Source: the human T2T-CHM13v2.0 reference genome, Homo sapiens. Taken from it: 64,000 nucleotides of DNA. Made by a program: the position numbers and the translations under genes. The DNA lies in assembly GCF_009914755.1 (NCBI RefSeq), contig NC_060926.1; one strand, written 5' to 3'. The notes below the pieces were generated by a model. The model saw only the letters and a list, made by a program, of their open reading frames with translations, made no database searches and had not been told where the DNA came from. Shown piece after piece: positions 53,379 through 64,000 of the stretch. Numbering within the stretch: the first letter of the stretch is position 1; each line of letters begins with the position of its first letter.

Positions 53379-55616
53379 AGTCCCAGAAATTAAGAAAAAA
53401 CCCAGAACACTAGGGGAAATTACAGGATGTTCTCTGAACAGATTCTAACCTGTAACCAGTACTTGAAAGTTACCTCAATATTATTGCTGTTGGGGGCTGC
53501 CTCTATGGTAAAAACAGTGTTAAGAAGTGAAAAGGGGAAACATATCTAAATGTAGTATATGTATTTGCTCACTTATTAAGATTGGTTTTTCTTCTGTGGA
53601 AGAATGATTGTTTCATGACTATTTCCATGAACTTTCTTTCTGGCTATGCATTCATTCTTTTTACACACATTTTGAATTAAGATATATGAAATAAGCAGAA
53701 GATGTTTAGTCAAACCATAATAGAAGCTTTGAATTGTTTTTCGTTTACTGACCTTTCCATTTCAGCACCCATTTCTGGGCTGTTTGTCGGGGGTGGGATT
53801 ATGACAAAGATACAGTCCTGGGCAAGATGAATGAGGTCACTATTTACTAAGCCTTGGAAATAGGCCAGAAACATTGTAAATAAATAAATGTAGTTAACCT
53901 TAACAAAAATGAAAATACTTATTCCTACAAGATATTAATCAATTTCACCACAATTTCCTCTGAGTGATCGCATCCTGTGTGTCTAAGAACCCTTGAGTGC
54001 TGATGTTGAGAGTCATCTTTCAGTATCTAAGAGTGGATTAACTAACAACTGTATAGGAGATATTTGAAAATTAATGAATCAGAAATTTTATCTATATATT
54101 AGAAGGCAACTATTGTTTGGAACCACATTGTAACAGATATGAGATTACATCTAGTGGCATTTTGACCCCCACCCCACCAATTTCCCACTTACACACCTGC
54201 CATATGTTTTTCTATTTGGAATCTCTTCCGCTCACGGGTGAATGAACCACATCACTGGCTTCCTGGGAAAGCTCTTCCTACATTTATTCTTAAGTAAACA
54301 TCTCTTTCTTGTGGCTTCTGGAGGGCTAATTGTTCTCCTATTTCTAAGAATCATTATTTTTAGCCTAGAACAAGAAGAAGGGAAGGGCATGAGCCACACT
54401 GGAAATAAAGTCCCAGGACTTTGGTGAGACTACATGGGACACATCTTAAAATAGCCTAATGATTTAGTGGCCCTTTTCCCAGAGAGCTGAGAGGCACTCA
54501 TGTGGAGAGAAAGAAGTTTCAGGGAAGTGATGTTAGTAAGTGAGAAAGTGAGTAGTTTGGGGTGTGTGTAAACCTCAGTGTGAGCCTGGGCAGTGATGAC
54601 ATTGTGATGTTACCTGATGGAGCTAAAACTAAAACAAGAAGGAGGCAATGCAGAATATTAAATAGATAAGAGTTCATAATGCAAGAGTTTGTCTAGTCTT
54701 CACTTAGAAATTTACAAAACAGTTCAGCTAAGAAACCGATAACAATACACTATTTTTGCACATAATTTTTTGGCCATTTTCATTAAGCTATTTACATGGT
54801 ACATTGTGGTTCTAAACTATTGTCTTTTTAATCTTCTGGGTGGCTCTCTCTAGAATAATAGATTTGTTTCTAAATATTGGATGTAATCGTAATGAAAGTG
54901 TCTATTATACACGCCATATTATTTGTGACCCCCATCCTCTCCTGTCCTTAATTTTCTTCTTGCTCAATTGTCTTAACTGAGTGTTGACTATAAATTCATA
55001 AAAATTTTAGTATTTTCAGAGGGAACTTATTAACATGGCTATTGTAGTAAATAACAGGAACTTCATGTAGACTGAATCTACCATTTGTTATCTATTTTTG
55101 ACAGTAAACAATTGATTTTAGTGAAAACTGAAAATTGTATTATAATGAAAATTAAAATGCCTTGTTTGTCATTCTCTTTTAATTTAAATTTTGTTGGTTT
55201 GGCATTAGGTAGCCACAATAACAACTCCCTATTTTAGACCTTACCTATCTCCCACACACAATTTTTTTTCTCCTACCATCTTCCCTCTGTTTTCCCCTTC
55301 TCTTTTCGTGTCATTTCTCTCTTCATCCCTTCCTTTCTCAAGTTAACACGGAGACCTTATGTGTCCACCTGGACTGTTCTTTACCAAGGTTTGGGCCACA
55401 GCAAGACTCCTTTCCAATTCTAATAGCAACCATTGCCAATCAACCCCAGCATTCTTTGTCCAGACCTAGTCTTAGTCCTCCTCCCTTCAGTCTAGTTCTC
55501 CAGGAAGCCATTACCAGTTAGTGGGGGTTGCCATTTATTCTATGTGTATGCTGTCGAGAAAAACATTCTCTGCATTTCACAGTAACAGTGTTCCTGACCA
55601 TGAGAACCACTTAGGG

Positions 55617-55945
55617 CAGGGGTCCCCAATCCCTGGGCTGTGGATGGGTACTGGCCCGTGGCCTGGTAGGAACTGGGCTGCACAGCAGGAGGTGAGCAGT
55701 GGACCAGTGAGCATTCCCGCCTGAGCTTTGCCTCTGTCAGATCAGTGGTGGCATTAGATTCTCGTAGGAGTGCAAACCCTACTACGAACTGCACAGCCGT
55801 GGGATCTAGGTTGTGCTTTCCTTAGCAGAATCTAATGCCAGATGATCTGAGGTGGAACAGTTTCATTCCAAACCTTACTACTGCCCATGGAAAAAATTGT
55901 CTTCACGAAACCAGTCCTTGGTGCCAAAAAGATTGGGAACCACTG
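55617..55945 (+). mobile_element. MER1B (hAT-Charlie)
   Basis: TIRs CAGGGGTCCCCAA / TTGGGAACCACTG; 8-bp TSD ACTTAGGG/ACCTAGGG; nested in a MER5-like fragment. Confidence 0.9.
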
Positions 55946-56168
55946 ACCTAGGGTAATCAGGGCCTCACCTGGATCTGCTGGAGCAGAATCTCCAGAGGAG
56001 GAGCTCAAACATTTTCTTCACTTCAGTTGTGATTAAAGGTTTTGTTTTTCCTGAATGACATTTTAGAAAACGAAAGTATAAACAAACATCTTCCCACACT
56101 CCTTAAACAAAATCTCTCCTACCCAGGAGACTTAGTGCAAATAATTTCACTTCTCAAATATTAGCCTT

Positions 56169-56300
56169 ACCAGGCATAGTGGCTTATGCTGGTAATCCCA
56201 GCACTTTAGGAGGTCAAAGCAAGAGGATCACTTGAGGCAAGAGTTCAAGACCAGTATGGGTAACATAGTGAGACCCCCATTGGTACCAAAATAAAAATAT
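56169..56300 (+). mobile_element. FLAM/Alu left monomer
   Basis: GTAATCCCAGCACTTTAGGAGG...GAGTTCAAGACCAG; AAATATTAG on both flanks. Confidence 0.8.
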
Positions 56301-57441
56301 TAGTTTGTATCTCTGTAAGTGTTCTGAGTTTGCCCAGGAAGCTACATTTAGGGGTCAACATTATAGGAGGAGACAAAGTGCCAATGATATAGAGAATGGT
56401 CACCATAAATTCATGAAAACTTGGTACCTAGTGACTAGTGTTCAAAATTAACAAACCGAAGTTCCACATCCTTATCCAATCAAATTGATGCTAATGTATT
56501 TATCTGCCAGGAATTAAGAACAGATGCAATAGAATTGTCATATGCCAACTGAAGAGGGTGAAAAGAAAGACAGCAAAAAGAATATTAGGATACTGCATCT
56601 TACTCTTCCCCAAAGTAACTTATTTAAAATTACTTAACATGGGATTTTAATAGGAACCCAGCTATAACACAAATAATTTTTTCTAACAAAAGAAAATAAT
56701 GATCACTGTGAAGACCACTTCTTATATAGTATAGAAGTACTATCTAGTACATGAGCATTTTATTTATGTTTGGCTATTCATGCATTTGCCAAAGTATCTA
56801 TTGAAGTTTTTTGTTTACTACTGAGATAATCTGGTTTCCAAATCACTTTTATCTCTGTTGAAAACATGAGTCATATTCCAATAAATGTAAACATAGGGCA
56901 GTTTCTTATAAACGCAAGGCATTATTGGTATGCTAATTGTATGTTCCACTTTCTGCATGCTTAATCATCACCTTCCAGCTCCAATAAATTGTACCTTAAT
57001 TGCTGAGGATGTATTATAGTCTTTCTATTCTTAATATCTCAGTAGAAGAAACATTTTTAAAAGTGCTCTGATAATATTGCTTACGTTGTTAGATAAATGG
57101 CTAATTCTTTTCCAAACGTTAGACACAGCAGTTATAGTTGCACAACCTGGTATTAGCTTTAAGTGGTTTTCCCCACTCCTAGTCCTGTTAGCTATCTCTT
57201 ATATGATTGAGTCTATCTTTTTATGGTGCTACCAGTCAGAGGTCATTTCTACAACCAAAGTCACCTTGTATTAGAGAATAATTAGTTGGCACAGAGTAAT
57301 TCACATTTATCCTCACATTGTGCACTGAATATAAGATAGAGAAGTAGTTAACAGAAAAATACTGGGGATGAGTGCACAGTTTTCTCTTCTTTTGTAGAAT
57401 GTTTTCAATACAACTGATAAAATTATTTTCACATGCTATAG

Positions 57442-57548
57442 GTAGCCCTAATGGAGAACCTTGTGGAAAGACTTGTTTGGAAGAGAGAGACAATCAGTGG
57501 TTGGGGGTCACACTTTCCAGACAGCCAGGAGAAAATGGATCCATCGTG
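57442..57548 (+). CDS. ITGA4: ITGA4 coding exon 3
   Basis: Acceptor CTATAG|; reads (G)SPNGEPCGKTCLEERDNQWLGVTLSRQPGENGSIV; donor GTG|GTAGGT; 107 nt. Confidence 0.98.
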
Positions 57549-57640
57549 GTAGGTATTGGAACTGGTCCACAGATCCATCGTGAAATCAGCTATCCTGGGT
57601 GCAGCTTTCACATCATTTGGTCTACTTTTATTTTATTCAG

Positions 57641-57770
57641 ACTTGTGGGCATAGATGGAAAAATATATTTTACATAAAGAATGAAAATAAGCTCCCCACT
57701 GGTGGTTGCTATGGAGTGCCCCCTGATTTACGAACAGAACTGAGTAAAAGAATAGCTCCGTGTTATCAAG
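57641..57770 (+). CDS. ITGA4: ITGA4 coding exon 4
   Basis: Acceptor TTTTATTCAG|; reads TCGHRWKNIFYIKNENKLPTGGCYGVPPDLRTELSKRIAPCYQ; donor AAG|GTAAGG; 130 nt; preceded by a 92-nt intron. Confidence 0.98.
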
Positions 57771-58301
57771 GTAAGGCATGATTTTGATACGAATTAGATA
57801 AAGATAAGTAAGTGAATACCTTTTAGTGTTTTAAATTTATGTTCAAGTTTAGATGTTCAGAGGAGAGGGAGATCTTCTAAGTAATTATGTTCTTTTTAAC
57901 TACTCAATTTCTTTCTTTACCCAATTGCAATAGCATTATTTTTCATAAATGCACTTTGTGCTATAAAATTTCTACAATTTGAATAACTCTGAAATCTAGC
58001 TCTTTAACTACCCACTTTTGCATCAAATTTACTTTCAATTTGGTATAGGTGAGACTAGTACCCAGCAAATATAGGACATTTAAATTGTGAAATTATATTG
58101 GAAGTCTGATTAAAAAGAAAGACTTTAGGTTTCCTTTTTTACCTTTAGCTTCCAGGAGTAATTGGGAAGAATAATCAGTGTAAGCAAATCTTTCATTCGC
58201 ACTCACTATCTCTTTTTCTAATTTACATGTTTTCCTTCAAGCAGCAAGAGATTCGTGTCTTGAGTTTGAAACATTTTTCTCATGGTAACTCTATGCTATA
58301 G

Positions 58302-58333
58302 GTAGCATCAGCAAGTACAGAGCTAGGACATAA
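58302..58333 (+). CDS. ITGA4: Alternative terminal exon of ITGA4 (short isoform C-terminus GSISKYRART*)
   Basis: Acceptor ATGCTATAG| at 58301, in phase with exon 4: G|GT AGC ATC AGC AAG TAC AGA GCT AGG ACA TAA, giving 195 aa in total. I recall this C-terminus from an annotated short ITGA4 isoform (verify). Confidence 0.75.
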
Positions 58334-58676
58334 CAGAAGTGAGCAGAATTGGGGTGAATGTCAACAGAGCATGTCAGAGGATATCTGCAGCAAAACTAAA
58401 ATCCAACAATGCGTCTTTAGGAGCTAAGAAACATATGAATGCAAATTCATAATTTTCTAACCACCCTCACTCAAAAAAAATCCCTCAGCACGCAAAGAAA
58501 AATTTTATTGGTTGGCAAAACTTTGGCCAAGTATTTGAGTTCAATTATGGGTGCTAATAAGACTTTGGTCTTTCTTCCTTGGAATGTGATGTCACAGAGC
58601 AGCTTATATTACATATATTCCTATTTTGCCTTCGGATACCCAAAAGATAAAAAAGTGAATATTGATTCTCAGTTGC

Positions 58677-58682
58677 AATAAA
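58677..58682 (+). terminator. Intronic polyadenylation signal for short ITGA4 isoform
   Basis: AATAAA followed ~15-35 nt later by a GU/U-rich tract (TCTGTATGTTTGCTGTCTTCTTTTT), downstream of the alternative exon stop. Confidence 0.55.
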
Positions 58683-59139
58683 ACTCAGTCTTGATTTCTG
58701 TATGTTTGCTGTCTTCTTTTTCCTAATAGTTTTCGGTTTATCTTTAAAATATTTTCATAGTAGAGTTTTTAGTTTTTCTCGGATATACATAGCCACATAC
58801 TACAAAAATCTCAAGATGCCATAAACCTAACCCATCTACAATTGTAAAATACAGGATCAGGTAAGATATATTTTTTTAAAGGGATGAAAACTCCTGACCA
58901 GAAATGGTCATTATAAATGACTTACCAATTTATTGAAGTTTTCTGCTTAGCAAAGCCAAAAGGAAGCTGTGGTTCCAATTCTTATTTTCATAGAAGTTTA
59001 CTTATATCATTTTTTGGAAGAAGCAAAGCTTTGCCCCCTTAGAAAGTTCCAAAAGCATTCATTCATGGGACTTTGTAATAATAGACCTTTATGTCCATGC
59101 AGATCTTGATTCAGTCTATATTTCAGTTGGGCAAAATCT

Positions 59140-60940
59140 AAGAAAGGACACTCTCTTCAATTAATGGTGTTAGCAATAGCAAAGACATGGAATCAACCTA
59201 AATGCACATCAATGTTGGATTGGATAAAGAAACTGTGATACATACACACTGTAGAATACTACACAGGCATAAAAAATAACGAGATTATGTCCTTTGCAGC
59301 AACTTATATGGAGCTGGAGGCCAATAACCTAAGCGAACTAACACAGGAACAGAAAACCAAATACCACATGTTCTCACTTATAAGTGGGAGCTAAACATTG
59401 AGTACATACGGACACAAGGGACACAAAGCAGGCACAAACACTAGGGCCTACCTGGTGGTAGACGGTGGGAGGAGAGAGAGGATTGAAAAACTACCTATCA
59501 GGTACTATGCCTATTACCTGCATGGGGAAATAATCTGTACATCAAACCCCTACAACACGCAATTTATCTATGCAACAAACTTGCACATGAACCCTGAACC
59601 TGAAAGTTTTTTTTTAAATGCCTTTGGGAAAATTGGCTATCTGCGTGCAAAAGAATGAAATTGAACCCTTATCTTAGCAAATATACCAAAGTCAACTAAA
59701 ATGGATTAAAGACTTAAACACGATACCTGAAACCATAAAATTTCTAGTGGAAAACATAAGAGAAAAGCTACTTGACATTAGTCTAGGCAATGAGTTTTTG
59801 GAAATTACACCAAAAGCTCAAACAACAAAAGCAAAAATAAACAAATGAGACTATATTAGAAAGCTCCTGCATAGCAAGGGAGATAATCAACAGAGTGAAG
59901 AGACAGTCTGCAGAATGGGAAATAATATTCGCATAAGTCCTATATATTTAAAATGTATAAGGATCTCACCAACTCGATAGCAAAAAACCAAATAACTGAT
60001 TAAAAATTAGTCAAGAGACCAAATGGCTTTCTTTCCAAAGAAGGCATCAAAATGGCCAATAAGTAGATGAAAAGGTGCTTAACATCACCAATCATCAAGG
60101 AAATGCAAATTACAAACCACTATGAAATATCACTTCACACCTATTAGAATTGTCATTATCAAAAAGGCAAGAGATAACAAGTGTTGGCGAAGGTGTGAAG
60201 AAAAGGGAACCCTTGCACACTGTTGGCTGGAATGTAAATTGGTACAGCCATTATAGAAAACAGTAGAGAAGTTACTCAAATTAAAAATAAAACTACCATA
60301 TGGTCCAGCAATCCCTCTTCTGGGTATATATCCAAAGGAAATGAAATCAGTACCACATAAAGAGATCTGCGTTTTTATGTTCATTGCAGCAGCATTCACA
60401 ATAGCCAAGTTACAGAAACAAGCTTAGTGTCCATTGACAGATGAATGAATGGATAAGGAATTGTGTGAGGTGTGTATATACACACATATATACATAAACA
60501 TATACAATGGAGTATTATTCTGCCTTTAAAAAAGGAAATTCTGACTTTTGTGACAACATGGATGACCCCGAAGGACATTATTTTAAGTGAAATAAGCTAG
60601 GCCCAGAAAGACAAATACTGTATGATCTCACCTATCTGTGGAATCTAAAAAAGTCAAATACATAGAGAAGAAGGTGAGCAGAGAGAGGGTTAGGAATAGG
60701 AAGATGTTGGTGAAAGATGTTGGCATTTGTGTAGGATGAATAAGTCTAGAGATCTAATGTACAGCATGAGGACTGGAGTTAATAATTGTGCACTGGAAAT
60801 TTGCCAAGAGAGTAGATTTCACTCTAAATGCACAAAAAAGATGACCGTGAGGAGGTATGTAAAGTGTAGTAACTGTTTCACTATGTATACGCATATCAAA
60901 CCTGATGTTGTACACCTTAGATATACACAGTAAAAAGAAA
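59140..60940 (+). mobile_element. L1MA-type fragment with nested old L1PA 3' end (~59172-59610) in intron 4
   Basis: L1M ORF2 text breaks at CTCTTCAATTAATGGTGTT and resumes at TTTGGGAAAATTGG; L1MA8/9-like 3'UTR (GAATAAGTCTAGAGATCTAATGTACAGC). Confidence 0.85.
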
Positions 60941-61238
60941 GCATGGGCTCAAAATCACAAATCCTACCTCTGTCTTACTCATTTGACAAAAATTTTTTGA
61001 GTATATGCTGTGTGTGCTTCCTATGAAGAAGCGGAGGGAGATATTTTTATTGCCATTTCATAGGGATATTTTGAATACTAATATGGAAGGGATTTGTTAT
61101 ATCAAGGTTACTGGTTTTTATTTTTAAAAAATACAAACTATAGACCTTAAAGGACATTTTTGTAAGGATTTAAGAAACAAATTATGGAGATTTTATCTTT
61201 AAGATAAAATTCTGAGTTGTTTTAATATTTCATTTTAG

Positions 61239-61306
61239 ATTATGTGAAAAAATTTGGAGAAAATTTTGCATCATGTCAAGCTGGAATATCCAGTTTTTAC
61301 ACAAAG
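61239..61306 (+). CDS. ITGA4: ITGA4 coding exon 5
   Basis: Acceptor CATTTTAG|; reads (D)YVKKFGENFASCQAGISSFYTK; donor AAG|GTAATT; 68 nt. Too short for the ORF track. Confidence 0.97.
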
Positions 61307-62135
61307 GTAATTGTTCAAAAAATAGCTGCTATAAATGTTTACATATAGAATCTTAATTCTTCTCATGGTTTGGAAGACTGATATGTTTTAAAGTAAAAAT
61401 TGTGTAACATCTTCATCATGTCTCTTAAACTTGAGTATTACAACTTAATTTTTGCCACTCAAAATTCCACATATATTTCAATAAAATATCAATATTTAGG
61501 TGGCTATACTGCATAAGATGAATGAAAATCTATACTAAAGAACATTTCTTTCATCAACAATTTAATGAAAATCAAAAGTAGCTATGGTTAATTGTCTTGT
61601 TAACTTAGGTATTGAAAATATCAACCCAAGTATGTTATTTTAAATTTCTAGTTGAGGGGCAAAGGAAGAATATCAGTCTATATTTTTCATTAAATTATGA
61701 TAATTGGGAAATTTAAGAATTTAATATCCCCTTAAATCAGATAGACAATATTCCCAAGATTTCTTACTCTCTTTCTAACATTCTAGGATATGTATGAAAG
61801 GGCACAGTTGTACTCAACCCCAAATCTCTCAGTTTTCTTAAAAACACACTGTGAATTCAGGAATGTTTTTTGACTCCATGAAGATCAGGCACTATATCAA
61901 GTTTGGGGTTGACAGTGTCTGCACATATTAACAGTTATATTAAAATGCTTACAAAGAAAATGCTTTCTTCAGTTGACTTTTTTTAAGTTTAGGATTGTTT
62001 AGGAGTATAGAAATATGCTAAAGATATTTAATTGCTGAAAGTGTTCATACTATACCAGGCAAGGGCATGCTCATTCCAATCTTCTCCTAAATTTTCCTCT
62101 GTATAACAAAATATGCCCCACATTCCATTGGACTT

Positions 62136-62188
62136 TTTTCCCTAAGCTAACATTATTAGAAATGTTTTCCCTAAGCTAACATTATTAG
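62136..62188. repeat. 24-bp direct duplication TTTTCCCTAAGCTAACATTATTAG (period 29)
   Basis: Exact copies at 62136-62159 and 62165-62188. Confidence 0.92.
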
Positions 62189-62613
62189 TCAGGGGTTCTT
62201 TGCAAATAGAAGTAAATTAAGTCTACTTTTTATTCTTTGGCAACACATGATTATCTCCATAATTAGCACTAATGAATTACCCACATACGATTTTCTTTAA
62301 TAGGAACCACATTGCCTTTCTCCCAAAAGCTTACTCTAGCGTTCAGTACTTGTCCCTTCAACTTTTGAAATCCACTGATAAATGCATTGAATGAGAGTTT
62401 CAGAGTTTCTTCTCTGAGATTTCGCTTTTAGAAATCCATTAGCCAACTTCTCTGGCTTTTTTTTTTTCCTAGTATGTTTTAACTTCACAGAATATTCCTA
62501 CTTCAGGAATTGATTATTATAAAAATATGTTCTCTTCACTATCGTGTATCTGGAGGAGGTTTGGGGTGGTGAGATTAAAGTTTAAATAATAATAGTTTTT
62601 TTTTTTCTTACAG

Positions 62614-62743
62614 GATTTAATTGTGATGGGGGCCCCAGGATCATCTTACTGGACTGGCTCTCTTTTTGTCTACAATATAACTACAAATAAATACAAGGCT
62701 TTTTTAGACAAACAAAATCAAGTAAAATTTGGAAGTTATTTAG
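62614..62743 (+). CDS. ITGA4: ITGA4 coding exon 6 (gene continues beyond window)
   Basis: Acceptor T-run-CTTACAG|; reads DLIVMGAPGSSYWTGSLFVYNITTNKYKAFLDKQNQVKFGSYL(G); donor TAG|GTACTA; 130 nt. Confidence 0.97.
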
Positions 62744-64000
62744 GTACTATAAAAATTGACAAACTTAAATGATCTGTGCCTTACAAATACTAGTACTGTA
62801 ATTATAAATAAGGAAAATGTATTTTCCAAAGATCTAAATGGCCAGTATAATTACAGTAATAATTAGGCAGTTCAGAAACTGTCTCTTAAGGATAGGATTT
62901 ATGAAACTTCAGTGAACTCAGTATTTTACATTTACACATGTGACTAAAATCATCAATATATAATTCTTAATAGAACTCCTAGTTTAGTTTACTCTTTGTA
63001 GTTCACTTTAGGAAACACTAGTAAGTTTCTATCTCTATGTAGTCAACTGATTATACAGGTTGTTTCTGTTGAGTGCCTCCCATATCTCAGGAACTTTTTG
63101 TGAGAACTTTACATGAATTAACTCATTTAAACATCTGCGTAAGTAAGTATAGTTTCCTTAAGCACCAACTGAAAGCCAGTGGTACTGTCCACCACATTCT
63201 GGATGAGGGGCTCCATGAAGCACATGGGTCTAAAAACAGCTCATTGACCTTCACCTCATAAGTTCTTAGAATATTTCCCAGAGCTTAACTATTTTTATCA
63301 TCTTCCTCCTCCTCACTGTCATCTCATAAGTCAATAGTAGGATACTTTATCATCTGTATTTCAACAGAAATGCAAACTTTTCTGGCATTAATGTCCATTA
63401 CAAGAAAATAAATGCTTTTCCTATAGATTTTCAGAAAATCCAGCTTTGTTTAAACTGTATGTGTGTCAAATGTGAGCATCTTACACTCAGAAATAATTAT
63501 AAAATAAGCACTCTTTCTTTCTATTCAAACAGAAGAAATTTCAAGTAGAAGAATTTGTTACAATTCAATGTTTTCTTGTTTATGATGAAAGGATACTTTG
63601 AAATAGTTCAAGAAATATAACTTGTTACGCCTTTTATCACATAAAATACGAACAATTTTTTGTCATCGAAAAGTCATCACAAAGATTTGGTGGCAAAAAA
63701 AGTTGAACTTCAGCAAGATGTTTATTTAAAGTTTAAAGTTTTCATTTCCCAATTGAGATTTTATATTTAATATACTCTAAAATATGTCTGTTGTAATCCT
63801 AGAAACTGATTATACTGCACCAGATGTAAAGATGCTATTTTCAATTTCTAGGACTCGGAAATACATACCATATGACTGCAGTTTTGTAAAACATATCAAA
63901 ATTGCATAAAACATAATGAATGACCAATTTTGAGTATCTCTATGCTAAATATTCTTAACTGCTTAATGTAGTGATTTTGAATTCGGTATCATTTAATTTT

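Noticed and set aside
57372-57781. ORFs of 101 and 60 aa
   Set aside because: Exon 3 and exon 4 frames extended into introns; explained by ITGA4 splicing.

Overview
Human (or near-identical hominid) genomic DNA containing the 5' part of ITGA4 (integrin alpha-4/CD49d) on the + strand. It includes a CpG-island promoter (~39.3-40.9 kb), six coding exons that splice in frame (197+122+107+130+68+130 = 754 nt, codons 1-252), and an alternative terminal exon in intron 4 predicting a 195-aa truncated form. The upstream ~39 kb and the introns are mostly interspersed repeats (L1PA/L1PB/L1MA, L2, Alu, MIR, LTRs, hAT transposons). Subfamily names come from my memory of consensus sequences and many repeat boundaries are approximate. 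I found no new multi-gene system. The most unusual structures are: (1) a 297-bp, 98%-identical inverted templated duplication inside an old L1MA about 2.5 kb upstream of the promoter; (2) an L1PA4 3' transduction with its own AATAAA and A-tail splitting a MER30; (3) two uORFs sharing an 11-nt start context, one ending in a TGATG stop/start overlap with ITGA4 Met21; (4) intron-4 alternative acceptors and polyadenylation; (5) a MER41B LTR with one GAS site and one N4-spaced (STAT6-type) site.
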